From IMG/VR virus record IMGVR_UViG_3300037439_000104, positions 1 through 51,401 of that record: 51,401 bases of DNA; one strand, 5' to 3'. The first letter of the stretch is position 1. Each line of letters begins with the position of its first letter. The translations under genes and the position numbers were made by a program. The notes beneath the pieces were generated by a model. It searched no databases. It was not told the DNA's origin and saw only the letters and a program-made list of their open reading frames with translations. The stretch is from a virus (Duplodnaviria; Caudoviricetes). Shown here piece by piece: positions 1-8,017 of this stretch.

Positions 1-180
1 GTGCTCGACGCGGTCCGATCCGGGCACCAGAAGCCGGGGCAGATCGGCGACGCCACCAAGTACTCCGACCGGCAGGTGTACAACCTGCTCGGCGTGCTGA
101 TGGAGGCAGGTTTTGTCCGCCACGTCGTGCCTGACGGCGGGAAGCTCGGCTACTACGTGCCGGTGGAGCAGGCCGCCTGA
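1..180 (+). CDS. C-terminal fragment of a protein ending in a winged-helix-like domain (possibly TraB/FtsK-like transfer protein; 5' part outside window)
   Basis: Frame 1 reads VLDAVRSGHQKPGQIGDATKYSDRQVYNLLGVLMEAGFVRHVVPDGGKLGYYVPVEQAA-TGA(180); HTH/wing pattern; followed by a terminator hairpin. TraB identity is contextual inference only. Confidence 0.5.
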   Translation: MLDAVRSGHQKPGQIGDATKYSDRQVYNLLGVLMEAGFVRHVVPDGGKLGYYVPVEQAA

Positions 181-195
181 CTCCACGCACGACGA

Positions 196-232
196 AGCGC
201 CCCGCCCCGGATGACCCGGAAGGCGGGGCGCT
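196..232. terminator. Stem-loop between convergent genes
   Basis: AGCGCCCCGCC (196-206) / GGCGGGGCGCT (222-232) perfect 11-bp inverted repeat. Confidence 0.7.
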
Positions 233-240
233 CTCGTTGC

Positions 241-462
241 TCAACCCAGACGCACGTACAGCCCGCCGCGGCGCACCGACTCCAGCAGCCCGGCGGTGAC
301 CATCTCGCGGGTGGCGTCGCGAATCGTCTGCTCACTCACCTCGTACTCGGCGGCGAGCTGGGCGCGGGACGGGATGCGGGTGCCCGGACGCCACTCCCCG
401 GCGCGGATCCGGCGGGTGAGGTCGTCGATGACACGCTGCTTTTTGGTGTCGTCTGCGGGCAC
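241..462 (-). CDS. Small GntR-family winged-helix regulator (HTH only; Kor-like)
   Basis: IRAGEWRPGTRIPSRAQLAAEYEVSEQTIRDA...GLLESVRRGGLYV is the GntR HTH signature; AAGGAG RBS upstream of GTG. Confidence 0.9.
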   Translation of the reverse strand: MPADDTKKQRVIDDLTRRIRAGEWRPGTRIPSRAQLAAEYEVSEQTIRDATREMVTAGLLESVRRGGLYVRLG

Positions 463-539
463 GGCGGTGGGGCTCCTTGGCAGGATTCCGTCACCTCACC
501 ACGCCGATCATGCGGGGTCCAACATGGCTGGTCAGCGGG

Positions 540-568
540 TTGACTTGGTATACCAAGGCCGGCAAGAT
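540..568 (+). promoter_or_regulatory. Putative promoter with a GntR-type palindromic operator
   Basis: TTGACT (540-545)-N17-CAAGAT (563-568); perfect palindrome CTTGGTATACCAAG at 544-557 of the TGGT..ACCA GntR type, upstream of the divergent gntR. Confidence 0.65.
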
Positions 569-574
569 GCCCGA

Positions 575-690
575 TGTGGTCGGGGTTCCTTGGCAGGGTT
601 CCCGCCACACGGGTTCCGGAGCCGGCTGGCTGGTTACCGTGTCGGCCCCGGGCCCACCCCTCGCTACGGGCGGCGGTCCGCGACATTGAG
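575..690 (+). ncRNA. Candidate antisense small RNA (3' end uncertain)
   Basis: Starts just after the promoter; 582-602 repeats 469-489 at 19/21, so it is complementary to the gntR mRNA RBS hairpin; no convincing ORF. Confidence 0.4.
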
Positions 691-796
691 TCCGGGCCGT
701 CGTTCCGTTTGGACAACCAGCGCCGCCAAGCAGTCCACTGTCCGGCCTACTCGGCGGATCGTGATCAGCTGCTCGCGGTCAGTACGGTGCCGGGTC

Positions 797-1336
797 ATGA
801 GCCAGCCACCCGTCAGCCCCGGCCCACCGCCCTACGACCCGCTCGCCGGCCAGTCCTACATGGCGCCCCCGGCCAGCTCAGCGCCGCCGTACCCGGGCCC
901 GTACCCGGCGCCGGGCGCCTACCCGCAGCGGCCACCGGTGAAGCGGAGCTTCTGGTCCAGCCCCGGCGGCATCTTCGCGATCATCGGCATCATCGTCGGG
1001 TCCGTGGTCGTGGTCTGCGTGGGTGTCGCCGTCGTCGGCGCGGTCGCCGGCAACTCGGCGGCGTCGAAGATGGACGCCTCGGTCGTGTCGTGCACGTTCA
1101 CCCCGGGTCCGCTGAGCAGCGCGACGGTCGGTATCCAGGTGAAGAACAACGGGGACTCGACGCGGACCGCCAAGGTGGCTATCGAGTACCGGGACGGCAG
1201 CGGGAACCGGATCGACACCGACACCGCGTACGTGCGGAACGTCCGGCCGGGTGACACGGCGCGGGTGGAGGAGACGACGCTGCTGGACGCCGAGGTGACC
1301 AGCGCCGGGTCGTGCAAGGTCGTGGGCGTGAGCTGA
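797..1336 (+). CDS. Membrane-anchored protein: Pro-rich N-terminus, one TM helix, Ig-like (FxLYD-like) extracellular domain
   Basis: ATG 797 within ORF 296-1336; hydrophobic GGIFAIIGIIVGSVVVVCVGVAVVGAVAG; VAIEYRDGSGNRID...NVRPGDT. Confidence 0.7.
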   Translation: MSQPPVSPGPPPYDPLAGQSYMAPPASSAPPYPGPYPAPGAYPQRPPVKRSFWSSPGGIFAIIGIIVGSVVVVCVGVAVVGAVAGNSAASKMDASVVSCTFTPGPLSSATVGIQVKNNGDSTRTAKVAIEYRDGSGNRIDTDTAYVRNVRPGDTARVEETTLLDAEVTSAGSCKVVGVS

Positions 1337-1357
1337 CTGTCGTCCAGGTGACAGCAG

Positions 1358-1406
1358 AAACCTTAAGGTTTGTCTTGTGATCATGGACGTCGAAACCTTA
1401 AGGTTT
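1358..1406. promoter_or_regulatory. Two perfect palindromic operators upstream of the Phd-like gene
   Basis: AAACCTTAAGGTTT at 1358-1371 and 1393-1406. Confidence 0.75.
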
Positions 1407-1411
1407 AGGGC

Positions 1412-1777
1412 ATGAGCAGCAAAGAGGTTGGCATCGAAGAGGCCCGGAAGCGGCTTGGTGACCTGGTCACCGCCGTCCAGCAGGGAACCGATGTCGTGCT
1501 CACCCGCAACGGCAAGCCCGCCGCCCGCATCGTCGCCATCAAGGAGCCCACTGTGTACACCGTCGAGATCCAGGCCAGCAACGCCGAAGGCACGATCTGG
1601 CAGGCACTGGCGCCGGCCGAGACCGTGGAGAGCACCGACTCAGCAGATCAGGTGGCCGCCGACGTGGCGCAAAACCAGAACATCGCCGAGGGCGACAACT
1701 GGCGGGTGGTGGTTTGGGAAGGCGACAACGCGGACACCGGGGTGGATCCGGTTGCCGTCTACGAGCCCGTCGACTGA
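1412..1777 (+). CDS. Phd/YefM-family antitoxin-like DNA-binding domain fused to an extra acidic C-terminal domain
   Basis: VGIEEARKRLGDLVTAVQQGTDVVLTRNGKPAARIV is the Phd/YefM motif; about 75 extra aa follow. Confidence 0.75.
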   Translation: MSSKEVGIEEARKRLGDLVTAVQQGTDVVLTRNGKPAARIVAIKEPTVYTVEIQASNAEGTIWQALAPAETVESTDSADQVAADVAQNQNIAEGDNWRVVVWEGDNADTGVDPVAVYEPVD

Positions 1778-1807
1778 CCCACCCTCTCTATCCGGACGGA
1801 GCATCCA

Positions 1808-2047
1808 ATGAGCAGCAGCCTCGAACGCCAGGACGCGTCAGCGCACATGCCGCTCGGCGTGTTCCTCCACGGCGAACTGGTAGGCACCGTCACTGACCAG
1901 CGACGGGACCCGCACGGCTACGAGGCCGTGCGCCGGATCGCAGCCGAGCGAGGCATCGAGATCCGCGGCTTCGAGGTGTTGACGCTGTGCCACCTGCACC
2001 CGACCGTATCGGCCGTTGACTGCTTGGACTGCGAGCCGGTCGACTGA
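1808..2047 (+). CDS. Hypothetical protein with CxxH/CxxC at the C-terminus
   Basis: GGAG RBS, ATG 1808; ends EPVD-stop like the preceding gene. Confidence 0.6.
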   Translation: MSSSLERQDASAHMPLGVFLHGELVGTVTDQRRDPHGYEAVRRIAAERGIEIRGFEVLTLCHLHPTVSAVDCLDCEPVD

Positions 2048-2053
2048 CCCCAG

Positions 2054-2103
2054 ACACACAGCGCCCCCGCCGCCGGCGAACCGGAAGCGGGGGCGCTGTG
2101 TGT
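2054..2103. terminator. Long stem-loop where accessory genes and the lysis operon converge
   Basis: ACACACAGCGCCCCCGC / GCGGGGGCGCTGTGTGT 17-bp inverted repeat. Confidence 0.8.
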
Positions 2104-2121
2104 TGCGAGAGCGGGCGGGAA

Positions 2122-2379
2122 CTACCGCTGGGCCGCCGGCAGGTCCGGGCGCGGGGTGTGCTTCGCCACGTACCCGGCGACCAGGCCGATCGCGGCCGGG
2201 ATGATCGGGGCGACGAGCACCTCGACGACGTCGGGCAGGCCGGTCACGAGGTTGGTGTCGGATACGCCGTTGAGCACGGCGAGCAGCGCGACGAGGCCGA
2301 GGTACGACCACGTCGCGGCGGCCTTGACCTTGCTCTCGATGGTCGGCGCGGGCGCCGGATTGCTGTCGAACTCGGACAT
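2122..2379 (-). CDS. Holin-like two-TM membrane protein
   Basis: IESKVKAAAT...two hydrophobic segments...GYVAKHTPR; end of the lysis cassette. Confidence 0.7.
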   Translation of the reverse strand: MSEFDSNPAPAPTIESKVKAAATWSYLGLVALLAVLNGVSDTNLVTGLPDVVEVLVAPIIPAAIGLVAGYVAKHTPRPDLPAAQR

Positions 2380-2438
2380 GGGGTACCCCTCCTCAGGGGC
2401 TTGTTGGGACCGACCCCAAGGGCCCTGGGGTCGGCGAC

Positions 2439-2639
2439 TCAGAGTCCGTACCGACGCCAGGGACCGACGGCGCGCTTATGCGACGGGGTCGCGTCGGGGG
2501 ACCAGTACAGGACCGGTCGGTGGCCGTCCAGCCAAGTCCAACCGATGCCGAGATACCCAAACCGGGCAAAGCGGCCGAGCGCGATATCGAGCTGGGTGCG
2601 CTTGTGCCATCGGTACCGGCGGAAGATCGGATACCTCAT
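2439..2639 (-). CDS. Small basic hypothetical protein
   Basis: AAGGAG RBS before ATG 2639 (MRYPIFRRYRWH...). Confidence 0.5.
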   Translation of the reverse strand: MRYPIFRRYRWHKRTQLDIALGRFARFGYLGIGWTWLDGHRPVLYWSPDATPSHKRAVGPWRRYGL

Positions 2640-2682
2640 AGCTACTACTCCTTGGCGAGGGCGGCGGAGATAGGTTGACCAG

Positions 2683-2895
2683 GTGGTCAGGGGCGAATGG
2701 GCGTGGGTGCGCGGCCAGCGCATCTGGCGCGAGGCAGTCCCACCGCCGCACGCCCCGGGTCACCGGTGGCTCGTCGGCTGGGGCACCTGCCCGAAGGGAT
2801 GCCGCACCATGGGCCGGCTCCGGAAGTGCGGCGAGCAGGGCTGCGACAAGGTGCTCTTCGACCCCGACCACCAGTGCGCTACGGCCGACCGTTGA
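2683..2895 (+). CDS. Small Cys-rich hypothetical protein, antisense to the lysis operon
   Basis: 70 aa ORF with five Cys; overlaps the 3' end of 2879-3271. Confidence 0.4.
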   Translation: MVRGEWAWVRGQRIWREAVPPPHAPGHRWLVGWGTCPKGCRTMGRLRKCGEQGCDKVLFDPDHQCATADR

Positions 2896-3271
2896 CCTCG
2901 CCTGAGCCGGGCGCCGAGTGGACCATCTCTCGGAGCTCCGGCGAGGCGGTCGGGTCGGCCAGGATCTTCTCCCGCAGCCGCAGCATCAGCCGGGTCAGGT
3001 CCCGTAGGGCGTCCCGGATCCGGTCCAGCTCGTGATCCCTGGCCGCAGCCCTCCGGCGGTCCGCCTTGGCCTCGGTCTCCAGTTCGGCGATCCGGGCCTT
3101 GAGCGGGGTGACCAGGCTGATCGCCGCGTCGGAGATGACGTCGGCCGCGTCCGCCTTGAGCTTCCTGCGCTGCACCAGCACCGTGGCCGCCGCGACCACG
3201 CCACCGGTGCCGCCGATCAGGCCGATCACCGACAGCAAGACCTGCAACCAGACCGGGGCCGCCGCGGTCAT
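2879..3271 (-). CDS. Lysis-region protein (N-terminal TM + coiled coil)
   Basis: Hydrophobic N-terminus, heptad-like C-terminus; ATGA-coupled to the upstream gene. Confidence 0.65.
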   Translation of the reverse strand: MTAAAPVWLQVLLSVIGLIGGTGGVVAAATVLVQRRKLKADAADVISDAAISLVTPLKARIAELETEAKADRRRAAARDHELDRIRDALRDLTRLMLRLREKILADPTASPELREMVHSAPGSGEVNGRP

Positions 3272-3696
3272 GACTGGCCTTCCGTCGCGTCGTTAGCGCG
3301 GGCCAGGCGCCGGAGATCGCGGACGATCAGGGACGCCCGCCACCACGACGCAATGCCGATCCCTCCAATGAACGAGCCGGCGACCAGCGCCTGCCATCCA
3401 GAGATCGCGGCCAGGGCGATGGCGTACATGACCGTCGCGGTGCCGAGCACCACCAGGGCGCTGAGTTCGGCACCGACCCCGACCAGCGGCAGTCGCGGCC
3501 AGAAGATCCCCGCCAGCCCGACCAGTCCGGCCACGATCAGCGCCACCTTCCAGGTGTCCTGGAGCAGCGGCGGCATCGCCTCAACGATCGACCTGGGTCG
3601 CTCGTCAGCGACGAGCAGAGCAACCCCGGCAGTTACCGAGGCCGTCAGGATGGCCACCTCGAAGGGGTGCCGGCCGGCGACCTGGATACGGCGCAC
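3268..3696 (-). CDS. Four-TM membrane protein (holin-like)
   Basis: Four hydrophobic segments; directly downstream of the endolysin. Confidence 0.65.
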   Translation of the reverse strand: MRRIQVAGRHPFEVAILTASVTAGVALLVADERPRSIVEAMPPLLQDTWKVALIVAGLVGLAGIFWPRLPLVGVGAELSALVVLGTATVMYAIALAAISGWQALVAGSFIGGIGIASWWRASLIVRDLRRLARANDATEGQS

Positions 3697-3699
3697 TGG

Positions 3700-4566
3700 T
3701 CAGCCCTGGTTGTCCACGCTGCCGAGGACCGTCCGGAATGCCGCCTCGACGTCCTCGCGGGACACCGGACCCTCGTCGGGCAGTTCGGCCAGGATCGCGT
3801 CCCGGACGCCGGTCAGCGCGCTGCGGGTCTTCTCGCCCTCCTCGCGGATCGTGGCGTTGATCGCCTCAACGTCCAGCTCGTCGGCGACGGACGCCAGGAT
3901 CGCATCCAGCTTCGCCGGGACGAACCGCAGCGGGTCGAGGATCTGGCCGGCGGTGACACCCGTCTTGCCGACCAGCATGTTGTGTACGGCCCGCTTGATG
4001 ACGGTCTCGTCCGCCTTGGTCAGGGGCATGTCGTTGTCCTCTCCGTAGATCCGGGCCACCGGGTCGTAGTCGTCGCCGACGGTGCTGGTCTCGAATCCGG
4101 TTGTGCCGGACTGATGGATGTGCCCCCGGTCGCCGCTGGAGCGCCGGGCGTGGTTCGGCTTCCAGGAGTCCTGGTAGCAGGGGCCGCCGTTGTTCCGCTC
4201 CGGCTCCCAGTTCTGGTACTTCAACCACCGGATGCCCGGCACGCCGGCGTTGCGGTCGTTGACCATCTGCGCACCGAGCCTCTGCAAAGACGGCAGTGGT
4301 TGACCGGTGAGCTTCGACTTGCCCCCAGCCTTCGGCGGCATGATGTCGATCGCGTAGCCAATGCCGAACTTCGCCTTCCCGGGCCAGCCGGTATCGGAGA
4401 ACGGGGTGTGGTCCTCGGGTGGTTCGTGCTCGAGGTGGTCCTGGTTGCCGATGTCGTAGACGGTGTATCCGTGCGCCTTGAGTCGGTCCCGAAGTTTGGC
4501 CGCCGGCCGCATCAGGGTGAACGGCGAACCCCGGCCGATCCAGTTGAGCCGGTCCTGCTTCCCCAT
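3700..4566 (-). CDS. Putative endolysin (Zn-peptidase-like)
   Basis: DH...YAIDI...HIHQS metal-ligand pattern; helical C-terminal tail; upstream of membrane lysis genes. Confidence 0.6.
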   Translation of the reverse strand: MGKQDRLNWIGRGSPFTLMRPAAKLRDRLKAHGYTVYDIGNQDHLEHEPPEDHTPFSDTGWPGKAKFGIGYAIDIMPPKAGGKSKLTGQPLPSLQRLGAQMVNDRNAGVPGIRWLKYQNWEPERNNGGPCYQDSWKPNHARRSSGDRGHIHQSGTTGFETSTVGDDYDPVARIYGEDNDMPLTKADETVIKRAVHNMLVGKTGVTAGQILDPLRFVPAKLDAILASVADELDVEAINATIREEGEKTRSALTGVRDAILAELPDEGPVSREDVEAAFRTVLGSVDNQG

Positions 4567-5588
4567 CACACACCTCCGCAGGTGGCCCAGGCGCGGGCCG
4601 CGTAGTAGGCGATCTGCGCCAGCCGCCGGCCGTCGGAGCTCGACGAGTCCGCGAACGCCTCGAGTTCACCGCGCCACTGGTCGGACAGCTCGCACCAGAG
4701 GGTTGTGGTGCCGTCCGCGGACATCGACCCGGGCCGTGGCGGCAGACCAGGCAGCCGGAGGTGCGCAATGGGGGCTGCCGCGTTGTCCGTCGGGGCGTTG
4801 GTCATGTGCCAGTACGCGACCTCGCGGCCGATCGGATACGCCAGGTGGTACATGCTCTCGGCGCTGTAGCTGTTGTGGTCCGCGTCCTGCATCGACGGCG
4901 TGTCCATGTACCGCCACCAGCGGGCCGCCGGCAGGTACGCGAAGGTCTCCCGCCTGGTGATGTCCACGACGAGCACGGCCAGGCCGCCGGCACCGACCCC
5001 TGCAGCGGCGGCGTCGAGTAGGAACCGCGCAGCGCCGGCTGAGACGTTGTGCACGCACAGGGCGGCGGCGTTGTCGTTGGAGTGCCGGGAGTAGGCGATG
5101 CACTGGCCGTACGGGCTGTTCGCCGAGACGATCCGAGGCGTCGACATCAGCAGGGTGACGATGCTCTTGACCTCGGAGAACGGGATGATCCCCGCCTTGA
5201 AACCATCCAGCAGGATCGGCCCAACGTGGTCGGCCAAGGTGACGGTGTACGTCGTCGATGAGGGGTTCACCGACCCGTTGCCGGCGAAGTCGTAGGCGAA
5301 GCCCAGGCCGTACCCGCCGTCGGGGTTCTGGAGCGACCGCAGCTTGTCGAGCATCACGCCCACCTGGGCGTCCTCCCAGCCGAACAGCTGGGCACGAGCT
5401 CCGGCGATGTACGAGTAGGCGTGCGCGGTCTGGTTGTCCTGGTCGACGGCCGCGAAGTCGGCGAGGGCCTGTTCCGCGAGGCCGCGCCACCAGGTAGGCC
5501 GGTCCACGGCGGCGGCCGGGGTTGGGCTGGACATGACGAGGACCGCGGTGAGGACCGTGGCCGTGAGGGATCGGGGGGTGCGTCTCAT
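4566..5588 (-). CDS. Secreted-type protein, possible (alpha/alpha)-barrel enzyme
   Basis: Sec-like signal MRRTPRSLTATVLTAVLVMSSPTPAAA; LQNPDGGYG repeat-like motif. Confidence 0.55.
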   Translation of the reverse strand: MRRTPRSLTATVLTAVLVMSSPTPAAAVDRPTWWRGLAEQALADFAAVDQDNQTAHAYSYIAGARAQLFGWEDAQVGVMLDKLRSLQNPDGGYGLGFAYDFAGNGSVNPSSTTYTVTLADHVGPILLDGFKAGIIPFSEVKSIVTLLMSTPRIVSANSPYGQCIAYSRHSNDNAAALCVHNVSAGAARFLLDAAAAGVGAGGLAVLVVDITRRETFAYLPAARWWRYMDTPSMQDADHNSYSAESMYHLAYPIGREVAYWHMTNAPTDNAAAPIAHLRLPGLPPRPGSMSADGTTTLWCELSDQWRGELEAFADSSSSDGRRLAQIAYYAARAWATCGGV

Positions 5589-6133
5589 AAGGGGATCACC
5601 AGCAATTCGCGGTCGGTGAACGTAGCCGTGCCACCGGTCGGGGTCGTGTACTTCGCCGTGAACGTGTTACTGCCGGGCGTCAGGCCGTTCTCGAACGCCA
5701 CCGTCGAGGATCGGTTCGCCTGCGACGCGGTACCACTCCTGTGCCGCAACGCCTTCGAGTTGTCGGCTGCGATCGATGACGCACCGGTCACGGCGTAGCC
5801 CATGATCGCGCCGCCACCGCCGGTGCCGTTCTCCATCGAGGCGGAGATGACCACGATCGCGGCCGAGCCGGTGACGAGGGGGCCGACGGTCGGTCCGACC
5901 GTTGACAGGTCACCGAAACTGTTGACCGAGGTTGTGGTCTGACCGGTCGCGACTCGGGCCACCGTCGGCGTCCGGGCGACAATCGCGTTCAGCCCGGTCG
6001 ACACGAAAAGTTGGCCGGCGACGGTCGCCTTCGCCGGCGCGGTCTCGTTGAGGTTGTCTCGCACGCTCGCGTTCCACTGCGCCGCGGTCAATGCGGTGTT
6101 GGCGACGGCGGTCAGCGGGGACGTCCACGCCAT
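5585..6133 (-). CDS. Minor tail protein
   Basis: MAWTSPLTAV..LTAAQWNASVRDNL N-terminus typical of actinophage minor tail proteins; beta-rich. Confidence 0.7.
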   Translation of the reverse strand: MAWTSPLTAVANTALTAAQWNASVRDNLNETAPAKATVAGQLFVSTGLNAIVARTPTVARVATGQTTTSVNSFGDLSTVGPTVGPLVTGSAAIVVISASMENGTGGGGAIMGYAVTGASSIAADNSKALRHRSGTASQANRSSTVAFENGLTPGSNTFTAKYTTPTGGTATFTDRELLVIPL

Positions 6134-6134
6134 G

Positions 6135-6461
6135 TCAGCTCACCCCATGCTCGTTGCTCTCGGCGATCAGGTCCGCCACCGTCTGCCCAGTCGGATGCCC
6201 GGTGGCGTACGCCTGGCGATGCCCCGGTGGGGCCCAGTTGCGAGTAGCCGGTGCCGGGCGTTGTGTCAGGACTTGCCAGATGTCGTCGGCGTTAGCCGGC
6301 CAGTCGATCTCGGTCACGATCTGGCAGCCGAACTCGCCACCGCAGTGGTATGTCGCCTGTCCGGGCGCGAGAGCAAGCGCGCTGGAACATCCGTCGCGGG
6401 GACAGTCGGCCACCCACCGGCCGAAGTTGACGTACGCCCTGGCCGTGGTGGTGAGCAGCAT
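6135..6461 (-). CDS. Tail-associated small Zn-ribbon protein
   Basis: GRWVADCP..C...C...C...TRNW; position in the tail cluster. Confidence 0.6.
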   Translation of the reverse strand: MLLTTTARAYVNFGRWVADCPRDGCSSALALAPGQATYHCGGEFGCQIVTEIDWPANADDIWQVLTQRPAPATRNWAPPGHRQAYATGHPTGQTVADLIAESNEHGVS

Positions 6462-6469
6462 CAGACCTC

Positions 6470-8017
6470 TCAGGTGGCGAACAAGCCGACGTCGAACTGG
6501 CCCTGCGTCGGGTGGTCGAAGACGAAAATCCGGCCCTGGTCATCGAGGCCGGTACCGCCGAATCGCCCGTCGTTGAACCCGAGCCCGGCGGCGTCGAAGG
6601 TGAAGACGCCATCGACCGGCGTGGGGATCTGCTCGCACCCGAACGTGGTCTGCAGGTCGTCGAGGACCGTGTGTTCGATCCGTTCGATCCAGAAGTCGGC
6701 GTCGATGCCGGTTTCGGTGTCCGCGATCCGAACCCGGTCGGAGAGGTCGCAGACCAACTGCTGCTGCAGCCGCTCGTAGACGCCACCGCGCAGGGTGATG
6801 TGGACCGTCGGCAGCCGCCGTGCCCGTTGCCCAAGAATCAGGGCAGCGATCGCCCGCGCGTCCTCGACGTGCGCGAACACGGGATCCCGGCCGGACGGCC
6901 ACGACCGGCGTCCGATCGGCGACATGGCTGAGGCCGTGTCCTCGGCGTGGATCTGGACCGTCGTCTGAGTGACGAGCGGATAGGCGCGGACGCTCATGTC
7001 GGCGACGACCGCCGGGCCGCCGAACGCCTGCACCCGTACGGTGGTCGCCTGCCCGGAGGTACGGGAGAGAGACACCTGCACCGTGCCGGAGAGCAGCTGA
7101 TAGTCGATAACCGGCTCAGGTACAACCGCACCGAGGAACGGGGTACTCGCCTGTGCCGACAGCTCGATCGTCTCTCCGTCGCTGATCGGCTGCGGCCCCT
7201 GCATCGACCACACGGTGGCGAGCTGCCCAGACGGATGCCGGACCGGCACCGAGAACCGGACGTCGTTCACGACTTCTTTCCAGCCGTGGTCGTACACCAT
7301 GTCCGAGTAGCAGGGCTCGGGGCCGCCGGAGCGGAACGTAGCCTGCGCTTCCTGGCTCCGGAAGTAGAACATTCGGTGATGCCGGTCGCGGAAGCAGATC
7401 CGGCCAAAGCTGTCGACGTCGACCCTGCATCCGGGACCCTCCGAGTCGACGAGCGCCTGCAGCGCTGACCCGGCGTCCTGGTCCTCGACCCACCACCACG
7501 GCAGGACACTGACGCCCGGGTCCAGGTCGAGGCGCGCGGTCGACCAGCCGGCGGCGTCCAGCAACAGCTTGATTGCCTCGCCGGTCCGGATCCCGGAGTA
7601 GAGGGGTGTGGAGACCTTGACGCCTCGGAGCCGGGTCACCGCGTCGGTCAGGGTGATCATCACCGACCGGTCTTCGTGGTCCGGCAGAACCTTGTAGTCC
7701 TCCAGATGGAGGGAGGCCACTCCGTAGTGGGCGCCGTCGTGGTCGGCGTTGATCTGCACCTCACGGCCGGGCAGGACCTGACCGGCGAGGGGGGAGTCCA
7801 AGTTCTCTGGCGAGTAGTCCCGGGAGCCGTTGTCCAGCTCGAACTGACCATTGGCGCCGGCCATCGGACTGAACGCGCGCGCCTGGTCACGACCGCGGGA
7901 CAAGGTGACCCGGGTACCGCGGTTGAAGATTCGGCTGGCGATGTCGGCCCGGGGTGCGTTGAAGTCGCGGTCAGCGGCCCAGTCGACCCGGATCTCCCAT
8001 TCGGGGGTTTCCGTCAT
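6470..8017 (-). CDS. Minor tail (tail tip) protein
   Basis: 515 aa directly after tape measure, ATGA overlap; RGRD..LDN..RDYSPEN motif. Confidence 0.75.
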   Translation of the reverse strand: MTETPEWEIRVDWAADRDFNAPRADIASRIFNRGTRVTLSRGRDQARAFSPMAGANGQFELDNGSRDYSPENLDSPLAGQVLPGREVQINADHDGAHYGVASLHLEDYKVLPDHEDRSVMITLTDAVTRLRGVKVSTPLYSGIRTGEAIKLLLDAAGWSTARLDLDPGVSVLPWWWVEDQDAGSALQALVDSEGPGCRVDVDSFGRICFRDRHHRMFYFRSQEAQATFRSGGPEPCYSDMVYDHGWKEVVNDVRFSVPVRHPSGQLATVWSMQGPQPISDGETIELSAQASTPFLGAVVPEPVIDYQLLSGTVQVSLSRTSGQATTVRVQAFGGPAVVADMSVRAYPLVTQTTVQIHAEDTASAMSPIGRRSWPSGRDPVFAHVEDARAIAALILGQRARRLPTVHITLRGGVYERLQQQLVCDLSDRVRIADTETGIDADFWIERIEHTVLDDLQTTFGCEQIPTPVDGVFTFDAAGLGFNDGRFGGTGLDDQGRIFVFDHPTQGQFDVGLFAT

